Source: an uncultured delta proteobacterium
Lineage (GTDB): Bacteria; Desulfobacterota; Desulfuromonadia; Desulfuromonadales; BM103
Reading direction: 5' to 3'
DNA: 64,000 nucleotides
Assembly: GCA_963715335.1 (NCBI GenBank)
Contig: CAVQRZ010000005.1
Location: 148,578 to 212,577 of the forward strand
In this document: one piece after another, positions 26,737-37,543 of the stretch
How positions within the stretch are numbered: position 1 is the stretch's first letter
How the letters are laid out: every line of letters begins with the position of its first letter
The notes under the pieces: model-generated
Told to the model about the DNA's origin: nothing
Seen by the model: only the letters and a program-made list of their open reading frames with translations
The model's database searches: none
Translations under genes and position numbers: made by a program

Positions 26737-26858
26737 CGGGAGCGAGCAATTTTGTGCAAGGTCAAGGAAGCCAAGCAAGCGCGCGGAGGCGTAGTGCTTT
26801 ACGCCGCACAAGTGCTTGTGCAGGCTGACGCAGAGATTGTGCAAAAGGGCCGCTCCCG
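26737..26858. repeat. Structured palindromic intergenic element (MITE/REP-like)
   Basis: Terminal CGGGAGCG/CGCTCCCG and TTTTG/CAAAA pairing; central GGCGTA-GTGCTT-TACGCC hairpin flanked by CAAGCGC/GTGCTTG. Confidence 0.6.
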
Positions 26859-26865
26859 GCCAAAA

Positions 26866-28329
26866 TCAGCGCATCATCTCAAACCACTGGTCTTCACAAG
26901 TCTCATCCTTGATATCGAGGTACTTGTTGGCGATCATGGTCAGCATGTTGATAGCGCCGTTGTAACCGATCACCGGGGAACGGTGCAGGTTGACCCGGTC
27001 GATGATCGGGAAACCGATGCGGAAGAGCGGGATCCCTGCATCGCGGGCGGCCCACTTGGCGTGTGTGTCACCGATGATGCCGTCGACCGGATCGGTGACC
27101 AGCAGGCTGCGCATGTGCCAGAGGTCTTTGTTGATGTAGCATGTGCAACCTTCACCGAAGGGCGAGGAGGCGAGCAGCGCATCCATCTCTTTCTGGAATT
27201 TCTTGGTCGCCCGCGAACAGAGCACGTGCCAGGGGCGTGCGCCCATCTCGAGCAGGAAGGAGACAATGCCGAGCAGGTAGTCGGGGTCGCCGGCCACGGC
27301 AAACTTGCGGCCGTGCAGGTACTGGTGAGCATCGGTCATGGCGTCGACTGCCAGGGCACGCTCTTTTTTCAGCGCCTCGGGGACCGGCTTGTCGAACATC
27401 TCGGAGAGCTTCAGGATCAACTCATCGGTCTTCTTCACCCCGAACGGCATCGGCAGAATTGCCTTTGCGCCGGTGAATTCGGATTCTATCCACTTCATGG
27501 TATTGACGGTCGAGTACTTCTGAAAAGAGATGGTGGCCTTGCCGTTGACCGACTCGGCGGCGGCTTCAATCTTGGTGCCGCCGGGATAGAGCTTGTACTC
27601 GCCGTCACAGCCTGAGTCGAAAACATCGGAGACGTCGGCAAGCATGGTGTAGGGGATCCCCATCAGTTCGCAGATGCGCTTGTACTCGCGCAGGTTGCCG
27701 ACGTTGCCGTCGAAACCGGGGATGATGTTGAGCTTGCCGGTGCACTTGCCTGCGATGCTCTTCCCCTCAGTAAGAGTTTCGAGGATGCTCTTCAGCATCG
27801 CGTCGTAGCCATGGATGTGGGTGCCGTTGAAGCTCGGGGTGTTGGCGTAAGGGGTAGGCACTTCTTCCGGCAGATGACCCTGCAGCTTGGCATTCTTGAT
27901 GAAGGCGGTCAGGTCGTCACCAATAACCTCGGGCATACAGGTGGTATAGACCGGGATCATCTTCGGCTTGTACAGGGCGTAGGCGTTCTCGAGGCCCTCG
28001 AACAGGTTGTTCTGGCCGCCGAACACCGCGCCGTCCTCAGTCATGGCGTCGCAGGTCGCGGCGGCCGGTTCACGATAATGACGGCTGAAGGTGCTGCGGA
28101 AATAAGAGGCACACCCCTGGGAACCATGCACAAACGGCAGGGCACCTTCGAAACCTGTGGCCACCATCTGCGCACCAAGAGGCTGGCAGGCGTGGGCCGG
28201 GTTGACCACCAGGGCGGTCCGGTCAAAGTTCTTCTCTTTATATTCTTCGCTATTGATCCATTCCTTGACCCTGGCGATTTCTTCAATTGGGGTCTCGGTG
28301 ACGAATTTTACTGCTGCTTCTGCGCTCAT
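26866..28329 (-). CDS. nifK: Nitrogenase MoFe protein beta chain
   Basis: VNPAHACQPLGA, HGSQGC, MTEDGAVFGG, TTCMPEVIGDD, TPSF, IGFPIIDR; start MSAEAA with AAGGAG RBS. Confidence 0.96.
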   Translation of the reverse strand: MSAEAAVKFVTETPIEEIARVKEWINSEEYKEKNFDRTALVVNPAHACQPLGAQMVATGFEGALPFVHGSQGCASYFRSTFSRHYREPAAATCDAMTEDGAVFGGQNNLFEGLENAYALYKPKMIPVYTTCMPEVIGDDLTAFIKNAKLQGHLPEEVPTPYANTPSFNGTHIHGYDAMLKSILETLTEGKSIAGKCTGKLNIIPGFDGNVGNLREYKRICELMGIPYTMLADVSDVFDSGCDGEYKLYPGGTKIEAAAESVNGKATISFQKYSTVNTMKWIESEFTGAKAILPMPFGVKKTDELILKLSEMFDKPVPEALKKERALAVDAMTDAHQYLHGRKFAVAGDPDYLLGIVSFLLEMGARPWHVLCSRATKKFQKEMDALLASSPFGEGCTCYINKDLWHMRSLLVTDPVDGIIGDTHAKWAARDAGIPLFRIGFPIIDRVNLHRSPVIGYNGAINMLTMIANKYLDIKDETCEDQWFEMMR

Positions 28330-28343
28330 CGTTTCACTCCTTC

Positions 28344-28466
28344 GCGGAGGCGCGAGATGCGAGGTGAGAGGTGAGAAACCCCCAAACCAACCTTTTGCCT
28401 CCGAATCCGTTAACCAATCAACCTTAGATTGGTAATTGCTTTTGACTTTCGCGTCTCGCGCTTCCG
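28344..28466. repeat. Heptamer tandem-repeat inverted pair in the nifD-nifK spacer
   Basis: CGGAGGCGCGAGATGCGAGGTGAGAGGTGAGA ... CTTTCGCGTCTCGCGCTTCCG. Confidence 0.65.
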
Positions 28467-28476
28467 TCAAATCCCC

Positions 28477-29919
28477 TTAGAAAGGCGACTTGACCAATCC
28501 CCAGGTCGGGCTGTTGATTGCCATATCGATATCCCGGGCAAAGATCTTGAAGCCTTCGTAGCCATGGTACGGCCCGGAGTAGTCCCAGCTGTGCATCTGG
28601 CGGAACGGGATGCCGGCTTTCTGGAAGACGTACTTCTCCTTGATGCCGCTGCCGACCAGGTCGGGCTTGAGCTCTTCGACGAATTTCTCCAGCTCGAACT
28701 CGGAGACGTCGTCGTAGATCAGAGTGCCCTTGGCCATCTCCGGAGCAGTGCGGTCGTAGTCGTCCTGGTGGGCGAACTCATAGCCTGCACCGGTGATCTG
28801 AATACCGAGGTCTTCGTAAGCACCGATAGTGTGGCGCGGACGCAGGCCGCCGACAAACAGCATGGCGGTTTTGCCATCGAGGCGCGGTTTGTACTCGTCG
28901 ATCACCTCCTGCATGACCGGCTGGTACTTTTTGATCACTTTCTCGACGTTCTTCTTGATCTTGTCATCGAAACACCCGGCGATGGCACGCAGGCTCTCTT
29001 CGATCTTGGTCGGGCCAAAGAAATTGTACTCGAGCCAGGGGATCCCCCACTTCTCTTCCATCACCTTGCACATGTAGTTCATCGAACGGTAGCAGTGGAT
29101 CAGGTTGAGCTTAACCGAGTGCGTGGCACCGATCTTTTCCACTTCGCCGTCACCGGTCCAGACCGACTTGACGTTGAGGCCGATTTCTTCGAGGATCGGC
29201 TTGGCAGCCCAGACGTCGCCGCCGATGTTATAGTCGCCGATCAGGGCAACGTCGTAGGGGCCGGCCTCTTCTTCAAACTTGAACTTGCCGATGATGTGGT
29301 CGCGGATCGAGTCGTTGGAGATATGATGGCCGAGTGATTGGGAGACCCCGCGGAAGCCTTCGCAGTTGCAGGGCACGACCAGCTTGTCGAGTTCATTCTC
29401 CATTTTCTTGGCGACGGCGTTGATATCATCGCCGATCAGGCCGACCGGACACTCGGAGAGAATCGACATCCCCTTGTTGAGCGGAAACAGCTCGTCGGCT
29501 TCACGCAGCAGCTTCTCGAGCTTGATGTCACCGCCGTAGACGATGTCGCGCTCCTGGAAGTCGGAGGTGAAATCCATCGGGAAGGAGGTAACGCCGGGGA
29601 TCCCCTGCATCAGGTTGCGCCGGGTCCCCCAGCTGTAGACGCCACAGCCGATCGGGCCATGAGAAACATGGACCATGTCGCGGATCGGACCCCAGACAAC
29701 ACCCTTGGCGCCGGCGTAGGCACAGCCGCGCTGGCTCATCACGCCGGGGACCACCTTCTTGTTCGATTTAACCGCACAGTTCGACACGGTCGGTTCATTG
29801 GCGCCGAGATGCGGCGCGCGTTTCTTCGCCGTTTTTTCCGGCATCTCCGCCAGGGTTTCAGCGATCAATTTCTCGGTTTTCTCTATTGTGACGCCCTTGA
29901 TGGGCTTTCTTTCAGCCAT
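28477..29919 (-). CDS. nifD: Nitrogenase MoFe protein alpha chain
   Basis: [25 protein letters not shown] (FeMoco Cys), GYEFAH, QMHSWDY (FeMoco His); 480 aa with no large internal insertion. Confidence 0.97.
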   Translation of the reverse strand: MAERKPIKGVTIEKTEKLIAETLAEMPEKTAKKRAPHLGANEPTVSNCAVKSNKKVVPGVMSQRGCAYAGAKGVVWGPIRDMVHVSHGPIGCGVYSWGTRRNLMQGIPGVTSFPMDFTSDFQERDIVYGGDIKLEKLLREADELFPLNKGMSILSECPVGLIGDDINAVAKKMENELDKLVVPCNCEGFRGVSQSLGHHISNDSIRDHIIGKFKFEEEAGPYDVALIGDYNIGGDVWAAKPILEEIGLNVKSVWTGDGEVEKIGATHSVKLNLIHCYRSMNYMCKVMEEKWGIPWLEYNFFGPTKIEESLRAIAGCFDDKIKKNVEKVIKKYQPVMQEVIDEYKPRLDGKTAMLFVGGLRPRHTIGAYEDLGIQITGAGYEFAHQDDYDRTAPEMAKGTLIYDDVSEFELEKFVEELKPDLVGSGIKEKYVFQKAGIPFRQMHSWDYSGPYHGYEGFKIFARDIDMAINSPTWGLVKSPF

Positions 29920-29936
29920 TTATGATCTCCTTTATC

Positions 29937-30008
29937 GGAGGTGCGAGATGCGAATTGAGAGGTGCGATAAGGCTTTTTTGCACTTCGCGTTTCGCGCTTC
30001 GCACTTCG
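29937..30008. repeat. Heptamer tandem-repeat hairpin in the nifH-nifD spacer
   Basis: GGAGGTGCGAGATGCGAATTGAGAGGTGCGA...TGCACTTCGCGTTTCGCGCTTCGCACTTCG. Confidence 0.7.
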
Positions 30009-30012
30009 TCAA

Positions 30013-30939
<927 letters not shown>

Positions 30940-31004
30940 TTACGTGCTCCCATCTTCAGCCGTGGCGGCATCGCCCTTGATACGTACGACTTAGAATACA
31001 AAAC

Positions 31005-31075
31005 ACAAAATACAGAACGCCCTACCCGGACAATCCGGATAGGGCGCCAGTGCCCGACGGCGCAATCATTGTGCC
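31005..31075 (-). promoter_or_regulatory. Second (gene-proximal) ANTAR-type attenuator in the nifH leader
   Basis: Minus strand: imperfect hairpin GGCACAATGATTGCGCC, then GGGC-ACTGGC-GCCC overlapping stem GCGCCCTATCCGGA-TTG-TCCGGGTAGGGCGT followed by TCTGTATTTT. Confidence 0.65.
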
Positions 31076-31096
31076 GCGAATATACCTATAAAATGG

Positions 31097-31167
31097 AAAA
31101 GCCCGCAAAAGAGACAATCATGTCTTTGCGGGCTTCATCGCCAAATGAGCAACACTACAGCGTGTCG
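31097..31167 (-). promoter_or_regulatory. First (promoter-proximal) ANTAR attenuator in the nifH leader
   Basis: Minus strand CGACAC-GCTGTA-GTGTTG, then GGC-GATGAA-GCC overlapping AAGCCCGCAAAG..TTTGCGGGCTTTT. Confidence 0.75.
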
Positions 31168-31240
31168 AATGGTTCTGATTTTGAAGCAGGTGGATTTATC
31201 TCACTTCGCACCTCGTGCTTCGCACTTCACGTTAATTCTT

Positions 31241-31256
31241 AGCATTTGCCGTGCCA
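31241..31256 (-). promoter_or_regulatory. Sigma54 promoter of nifHDK
   Basis: Minus strand TGGCACGGCAAATGCT (GG-N10-GC). Confidence 0.85.
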
Positions 31257-31319
31257 AACATTTCAGAGCTCAAGATTACAGATACTTACGAACATAATGT
31301 CCATCGTGCACAGAATTCA

Positions 31320-31336
31320 TGCTTAAAGGTTGTGCA
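31320..31336. promoter_or_regulatory. Putative NtrC-like enhancer-binding site upstream of the nifH promoter
   Basis: TGCTTAAAGGTTGTGCA; related 17-mers at 13662-13678 and 15195-15211. Confidence 0.5.
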
Positions 31337-31553
31337 GACTTTGAGCAGGCTTGGTGAGGAAATCAGCAGAAAACGCCAGGCACTCAATTTTTAATGTGAC
31401 TCACACGTTTGCAAATTCTGTTTTCAACCCTAGATTCCAAATATCCAAAGAAAATTGTGTATAATTTAATATCGTATGTATTGGTAATAAATGTGAAGTT
31501 CATCCCGATAGATGAAAATTTTGACTTAGATAACCAACATAAGGAGACAACTA

Positions 31554-32159
31554 ATGACACTGTGGGAAAAAATTCGCGATGGAATTCACGATGTTTCTTC
31601 AAAAACCGGGGAATTCATCAAAAGTGGTGCTGAAAAAACCGCTGAGACAGCTACATACACTTCAAAGCTCACCCAGCTAACCTGGGAAAGGCGCAATATT
31701 CTGAAAAAAATTGAAGATGAGCACCTTGAACTAGGAGCTCTGCTGCACAACCTGCAGAAAGAGAATCGGCTTGGTGATTTGAAAAAAGCAGCACAAGCCA
31801 ACTTTGACAATCTCGCTTCCTATGACAAAAAACTGGCTGACATCGATTCGGAAAAAGATCAGCTTGCTTCCCTGCATAACATTGGCAGAGAAGAAGAGAC
31901 CTTTGCACATGATCTCGCTGAAGACCTGGAGGCCGGTGGAGGGACCATGCAAAAAGTCACCATCAAGGACACCTCACCTTTTGTTGACAAGAAACTAAAG
32001 GAGATAAAGTTACCCAAAGAGGCTCTGATTGTTAATGTCATGCGGGGAGAAGAAATGATCATACCCGACGGCAGTACCGTGCTTCAGGCAGAAGATGGGG
32101 TTACCCTGCTTGGTAAGCAAGAGGACGTCGAAACCGCAGTTAAAATGTTTCAGGCTTAA
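31554..32159 (+). CDS. Coiled-coil protein with a C-terminal TrkA-C (RCK_C) domain
   Basis: SPFVDKKLKEIKLP..LIVNVMRGEEMIIPDGSTVLQAEDGV; AAGGAG RBS; AT-rich sequence. Confidence 0.75.
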   Translation: MTLWEKIRDGIHDVSSKTGEFIKSGAEKTAETATYTSKLTQLTWERRNILKKIEDEHLELGALLHNLQKENRLGDLKKAAQANFDNLASYDKKLADIDSEKDQLASLHNIGREEETFAHDLAEDLEAGGGTMQKVTIKDTSPFVDKKLKEIKLPKEALIVNVMRGEEMIIPDGSTVLQAEDGVTLLGKQEDVETAVKMFQA

Positions 32160-32395
32160 ATCGAAAAGTCCGATTATAAAAAAATCTGTCTACATATCCG
32201 CTGCCCCGCAAGAAACCGGCCACCTGATGCACCGCCAGGTGGCCATAAGTTTGAGAATTAAATAGCGGGGTGATATCGTGCGGGGAAATCCTGACCCTTT
32301 CGATGTCGCGGTTTTTTGCTTGCCAGTTTATACTTTCACCATAGAATTGAGGACATATTTTTTTTGTCACTTAAGAGGCTTATGCTAGGGGAACC

Positions 32396-34564
32396 ATGCA
32401 CGACACCCACCAATTCCTGAGTGCCCTGGCAGTGGTACTGTGCATTGCGGCGGTCACTACCGTCGTCTTCCAGCGACTGCGCCAACCGGTCATCCTCGGC
32501 TACATTCTGGCCGGGCTCATTATCGGACCACATGTGCCGTTTCCGCTGGTCGCTGACAGCAGCATTGTGCACACTCTCTCCGAAATCGGCGTAATTCTGG
32601 TCATGTTCTCCCTCGGCCTTGAATTCAGTCTGCGCAAGCTGGCATCGGTTGGCCCCACCGCAACGCTGACCGCCTTGATCGAAACCAGCTTAATGATGTG
32701 GATAGGGTTCAATGTCGCCCAACTGTTCGGCTGGACGACCGTTGAGAGCTTGTTTACGGGAGCAGTCCTCGCCATTTCCAGTACCACCATCGTTGCCAAG
32801 GCCTTCCAGGAGCAGAATATTACCGGCCGCTTGCGCGAGAAGGTGGTGGGTGTGTTGATCGTCGAGGACTTGATCGCCATCCTGTTACTGGCGACATTGA
32901 CTGCCATCGCCTCCGGCAGCGGCCTGACAGCGTGGCCAATGTCGATCATGGTTGTCAAACTGGCCGGCTTTTTGGTCGCCATGATTTCTATCGGACTGCT
33001 CATAATCCCAAGGGCGATGCGACTGATTATCCAACTCAACCGTCCTGAAACGATTATTATCTCCAGCGTCGGCATCTGTTTTGCTTTTGCATTACTCGCC
33101 CAGGCTTTCGGCTACTCTGTGGCCCTTGGCGCTTTTATTGCCGGCTCTCTGATTGCCGAATCTGGGGAAGAGAAAAAAGTCGAGAAACTCGTCGAGCCGG
33201 TACGCGACATCTTTGCCGCAGTTTTCTTCGTTTCGGTGGGGATGCTCATAGATCCGAGACAGGTTATGCAGTTCTGGCAGGCAATCCTGTTGCTGACCCT
33301 GGTCGTGGTGGTAGGCAAGGTTGTTGGCGTCTCAGTCGGATCCTTTTTAACCGGTAGCCGGCTTCGCACATCAATCCAGTCGGGAATGAGTTTGGCGCAG
33401 ATAGGCGAGTTCTCATTCATTATCGCAGGGTTGGGGCTGACTCTCGATGCCACCGGAAGCTTCCTTTATCCGGTGGCGATCGTGGTTTCGGCGTTGACCA
33501 CCCTGACCACTCCATGGCTGATCCGTGCCTCAGGCCCGGTGGCCAGCTGGGTCGACCGCACGCTACCCGGACCATTGCAAACCTTCAGCGTGCTCTACGG
33601 CAGTTGGATCGAGAAATTGCGCACTACGCCACGCTCCCAGGGAACAGTCGCCAACCTCCGCAGGCTGCTGGTATTTCTTTTGATTGATGCGGCCCTCTTC
33701 GCGCTGATTTTAACCGGCCTTACTACGTTCAGCGACCGACTGATTGCTCTGGCAAAGGAACACGTCGGATTACCTTCACTGGTCGCTTGGCCTCTGTTGA
33801 TCCTTGTGGCGATCATATTGCTTGCGCCATTCTTTTTCGGTGTCGTGCGACTCGGCCGCAAGCTCGGTGCGACTTTGGCCGAGATGGTTATGCCGGCCAG
33901 CGACGTGAATCGGGTCGATCTCGCTGACGCCCCACGCCGTCTACTCGAAATCACGCTTGAAATCGCCATAGTTGTCATAGTCGGGGCCCCGTTGCTGGTA
34001 CTTACTCGCCCTTTCCTTCCGGCGGGGGAGGCGAGCGCCCTGCTGCTGGTGATAATCGTTATTCTTGGCATCGCCTTCTGGCGCAGTGCGACCAATCTAG
34101 AGGGTCACGTTCGTGCTGGCAGTCAAGTGATTGTCGCCGCACTGGCAAAACAGTCTCGCAGCCGTGGTGAATCTTTAGCCCCAAATGATCTAAGACAGGT
34201 TGAACAATTGCTGCCCGGGCTCGGCGCACTGACCGTAATACGCCTTGATTCCACTTCGTCTGCAATCGGCAAGACCCTGGCCGAGCTTAACCTGAGAGCA
34301 CTGACCGGCGCCTCGGTCCTGGCCATTACCCGTGCTGACGGACCCGTCGTTGCGCCGTCAGCTCAGGAAATCCTGCAGACCGGGGACGTCCTTGCGTTTA
34401 CCGGGACCCATGAAGCCATCGAGGCAGCACGAAAGCACCTCCGCTCTGGGGGGAGAGCACAAACAACTTGGGCGACTGAGGTTAAAGGAAATTTAGGGAT
34501 GGGGGCAGAGAACAAACGCAACGGTCTCTCTGATATAATGGCTGTCCCTGAAATTGTGACATGA
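32396..34564 (+). CDS. CPA2-family cation:proton antiporter with TrkA-C domain
   Basis: QPVILGYILAG, LSEIGV, LGLEFS, ISSTTIV, LIVEDL, LGAFIAG, FFVSVGM, LAQIGEFSFI; C-terminal RCK_C. Confidence 0.9.
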   Translation: MHDTHQFLSALAVVLCIAAVTTVVFQRLRQPVILGYILAGLIIGPHVPFPLVADSSIVHTLSEIGVILVMFSLGLEFSLRKLASVGPTATLTALIETSLMMWIGFNVAQLFGWTTVESLFTGAVLAISSTTIVAKAFQEQNITGRLREKVVGVLIVEDLIAILLLATLTAIASGSGLTAWPMSIMVVKLAGFLVAMISIGLLIIPRAMRLIIQLNRPETIIISSVGICFAFALLAQAFGYSVALGAFIAGSLIAESGEEKKVEKLVEPVRDIFAAVFFVSVGMLIDPRQVMQFWQAILLLTLVVVVGKVVGVSVGSFLTGSRLRTSIQSGMSLAQIGEFSFIIAGLGLTLDATGSFLYPVAIVVSALTTLTTPWLIRASGPVASWVDRTLPGPLQTFSVLYGSWIEKLRTTPRSQGTVANLRRLLVFLLIDAALFALILTGLTTFSDRLIALAKEHVGLPSLVAWPLLILVAIILLAPFFFGVVRLGRKLGATLAEMVMPASDVNRVDLADAPRRLLEITLEIAIVVIVGAPLLVLTRPFLPAGEASALLLVIIVILGIAFWRSATNLEGHVRAGSQVIVAALAKQSRSRGESLAPNDLRQVEQLLPGLGALTVIRLDSTSSAIGKTLAELNLRALTGASVLAITRADGPVVAPSAQEILQTGDVLAFTGTHEAIEAARKHLRSGGRAQTTWATEVKGNLGMGAENKRNGLSDIMAVPEIVT

Positions 34565-34657
34565 CGTTTTGCTGGTCAATTTCGACTGTCTGATAAAAGT
34601 ATCCGACAACAAAGATATCGCGCATTAGATTCCTTTGCTTGCGCTACAATGTTCACC

Positions 34658-35599
34658 ATGATTGTCTCTTCAAAAGTCCCTGCGCCTTGCAGCGGGATGA
34701 GCCTTGCCGTGTACCTGGCGACCCGCTTTACCTATTTGCCCGAAGCAGCCTGGTGCCAGCTGATCCGGGAAGGACGCATTTCCTGCCATGGCGCCCTGTG
34801 CGATGCAGCAACGACGGTGACCAAAGGGGACATCATCCGCTGCGACATGCCAGAGTTCGAAGCCCCTGCCAGCAATCTGGACTACCGCATCGTTTACGAA
34901 GATGAATGGTTGATCGGGGTCAACAAGCCCGCCGGGCTGCGGGTTCATAGTGGCGGCAAATTCGTCAAGTCCAACCTGACGTACCACCTGCGCCACCTTC
35001 ACGAGCCGGCCTACCCGGAGGCCAACCTGGTCCATCGGCTTGATGCAGACACCTCCGGCCTGGTGCTGCTGGCGCGTGACAAGGGAGTGCTTAGCGCTTT
35101 GATGGAGCAGTTCAAAAAAGGGCTGGTAGTGAAAAACTACCTGGCCGTGGTAGCGGGGCGCCCTTCCCCCGCCAGGGGCACCATCGACTTACCGATCGGC
35201 CCGGTTAAAGGCGCCCTGGTCCCCCGTTACGGGATCGACAGCAGCCGGGGAAAGGCAGCCGTAACCCACTACGAGACCGTCCGCTCGCTCACAGATGAAT
35301 TGACCCTGCTCGAGTTATCGCCCGAAACCGGTCGGACCCACCAACTGCGTGTCCATCTGGCGGCCATAGGCCATCCGATTGCCGGTGACGCCCTCTACAC
35401 CATGAATGACGGAGACTATCTCGACTGGCTTCACCACCCCCCCGCACAGGCATCCCTGCGGCGGCAGGCGCTGCACAGTCATCGCCTGCAGTTTTTCCAT
35501 CCCATCCGGCAAACTCTCAGCACCTTGAGCGCACCACTGGCAAGCGACATTGAGAAGTTTATTGAAAATGTAGCCAAGGTGGGCGAATCAACGCCCTGA
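34658..35599 (+). CDS. RluA/RluD-family pseudouridine synthase
   Basis: VNKPAGL, VHRLDADTSG, TGRTHQLRVH, GHPIAGDALY, RQALH. Start could be 34649 or 34658. Confidence 0.9.
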   Translation: MIVSSKVPAPCSGMSLAVYLATRFTYLPEAAWCQLIREGRISCHGALCDAATTVTKGDIIRCDMPEFEAPASNLDYRIVYEDEWLIGVNKPAGLRVHSGGKFVKSNLTYHLRHLHEPAYPEANLVHRLDADTSGLVLLARDKGVLSALMEQFKKGLVVKNYLAVVAGRPSPARGTIDLPIGPVKGALVPRYGIDSSRGKAAVTHYETVRSLTDELTLLELSPETGRTHQLRVHLAAIGHPIAGDALYTMNDGDYLDWLHHPPAQASLRRQALHSHRLQFFHPIRQTLSTLSAPLASDIEKFIENVAKVGESTP

Positions 35600-37190
35600 A
35601 CAACGGAAGAAAAACGCGTGATTGGACGTAAAGAGCGGTGGCGTACGATTGACGATCCCGCGGATCGCCGCTGAACCCAACAGGCGCCGCTCGAGAAAGC
35701 GGCGTGCGGCGGCCCGGTTCCAATCGCCATCGGCATGAAATTTCTGATAGAGCCCGAGAGGAGTGTCGGCTTCGATCGGCTCCGCCGCGACAATGCCGTA
35801 TTCGTGCGGCTTTTCAAGCAATCCAGAAGCGCGCGGCAAGTTCATGATGGCAAGATTTAAGAACCCGATTTCGGCCGCGTGCAATTCGAGAAAAGCCAGC
35901 GTCTGTTCGGCGTCAGCCTCGGTTTCACCGGGGGTTCCGAGCATGATGTAAACAAAAGTGGCGATCCCTGCGGCCGCGAGGTTGGTCAGAATTTTTGCGA
36001 CTGTTTCGAGCGAAACCCCTTTCCCAAGCCGGTCCAGCACACTCTGCGAACCACTCTCCAGCCCCAGCTGCAGCATGCGGCAACCGCTTTGCGCCAGGCG
36101 GGCAACAAACTCGGCATCCTCGAGTATCGGTTCAAAACGGACAAAGCCAAACCAGTTGAGATCCGCCAAAGCCTCGGCATGATCAGCCATAGCCTTGAGC
36201 ATATTCACCGGAACGGCATTATCCGTGAGCTGGAGATGGCGAACGCCATAGCTGTCTGCCATCTGGCGCATCAACATCGGCAGTTCGGCGGGGCGGGCAG
36301 CGGTGTAAGGGATGGACCGGCGCAGCAGCCTCGGGGCAAAACAGACAGCGCTGCCAGTAGCAACCGCGCGAGGTGCTTAATGGCAGCACCGGCTGCGGTG
36401 AAAAGTAGTCGCCTATCCTGGCAAAGCTGAAGTCGGGAACAAAACCGATGGTCGTGGCATCGGCCAGGGTGTAACTCTCGTCCGCCTCACCTTTGGCCAG
36501 GGCGGTCAGCATCGCTTCACCGGGGCCGAAGACCAGCCGATCAAAGGGTGACATGCGCAGTTCGAGACGTCGCAGCGGCTCTTGCCAGGAAGTGACCAAA
36601 CCACCTCCGGCAACCAGCAGAGCGTCAGGCAGGGCGCGGCGCAGCAACCCGGCCAGTTCAAAGGCCGGCAGGACCTGGTGCAGAAAATTGATCGAGATGG
36701 CGATGATGCGCGGCTGTTCCGCAATGACCTGCGACACCAACTCTGCACGGAAATAAGCAGCAAAGAGGGTGTCTGCCGTACCGCTGGCGACCTGCTCAAG
36801 ATCTTCCGGGTTGAACGGGGACAGGCTTGCATTCTGGTAATCGCCAAGGGTCAGACGCTCATTGCCGCGGTTCCACAGCGCCAGCAACCGGTTGAGATAG
36901 CGTACAGCGGTGTTGTAACGGGCAAAATTTTTCGTTGCCGCAGCCGAGCGCAGCAGCGACAACGAGGAGGAGCGATGACGCAGGGCACGGCGTAGATTGG
37001 TCTCAACCACATCGCCGGCCTGAGCCGCCAAACGTTCGCCATCGAGAAGGTAGAGGTAGGCAGCCAGGTTGGCGTCAATCGCTCTGACGCTCAATCCCTG
37101 GGCACGCAGGTGTGCCAGCAAAACGGCCAAAGCAAGCGGAGGCTCTGCGGGCTTGAGCGCTGGCGGTTGGAGCAGCAAAACCTCAGTCAT
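35588..37190 (-). pseudogene. B12-binding-type radical SAM gene interrupted by a 1-nt frameshift near 36307
   Basis: 5' part has SRGCYWQRCLFC. Removing one base in CATCCCTTACACC joins it to HPYTAARPAELPMLMRQ..LTDN..LGLESGSQ in ORF 35588..36277. Confidence 0.75.
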
Positions 37191-37315
37191 CGAAAAGCCT
37201 TGGAACGGAAGATCACCAGGTTCGACAGGGTAATACGGCTGGGATTAAAACAGGCATTATCACAATTCGGCGACAATCTATTTTGAGTGTCCCTGGTTCT
37301 ACGGGTGGTTGGATC

Positions 37316-37483
37316 TCAACACTTTTTCCCGGCGGCCTTGTCCGGGTGACATTGGCAGTCATGACCTGACTCCGGGCCAGGGCGACAACTGCCACGCAGG
37401 CCTTTACGTTTGAGCAGCAGGCCGACTGCCAACCCGGCGAATGCGAGCAGGAAAAAAATCAAAGCAATCAGGTAAATTTTCAT
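37316..37483 (-). CDS. nqrM: NqrM-like small membrane protein
   Basis: Single TM helix, then KRKGLRGSC and a Cys-rich tail (DCQC..C); last gene of the nqr run. Confidence 0.6.
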   Translation of the reverse strand: MKIYLIALIFFLLAFAGLAVGLLLKRKGLRGSCRPGPESGHDCQCHPDKAAGKKC

Positions 37484-37543
37484 GAATCCAGCTTTTCGTG
37501 GTCCTCGAAGACGGACCATCGGGGTTATTATGAAGACTCGTCT

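Noticed and set aside
28477..29919. Alternative (V/Fe) or novel nitrogenase
   Set aside because: HCYRS, YEFAH and MHSWDY motifs are canonical for Mo-nitrogenase and there is no vnfG/anfG between D and K.
34440..34564. Extra C-terminal tail on the CPA2 antiporter
   Set aside because: Composition shifts and there is no motif; probably read-through into non-coding DNA after loss of the original stop.
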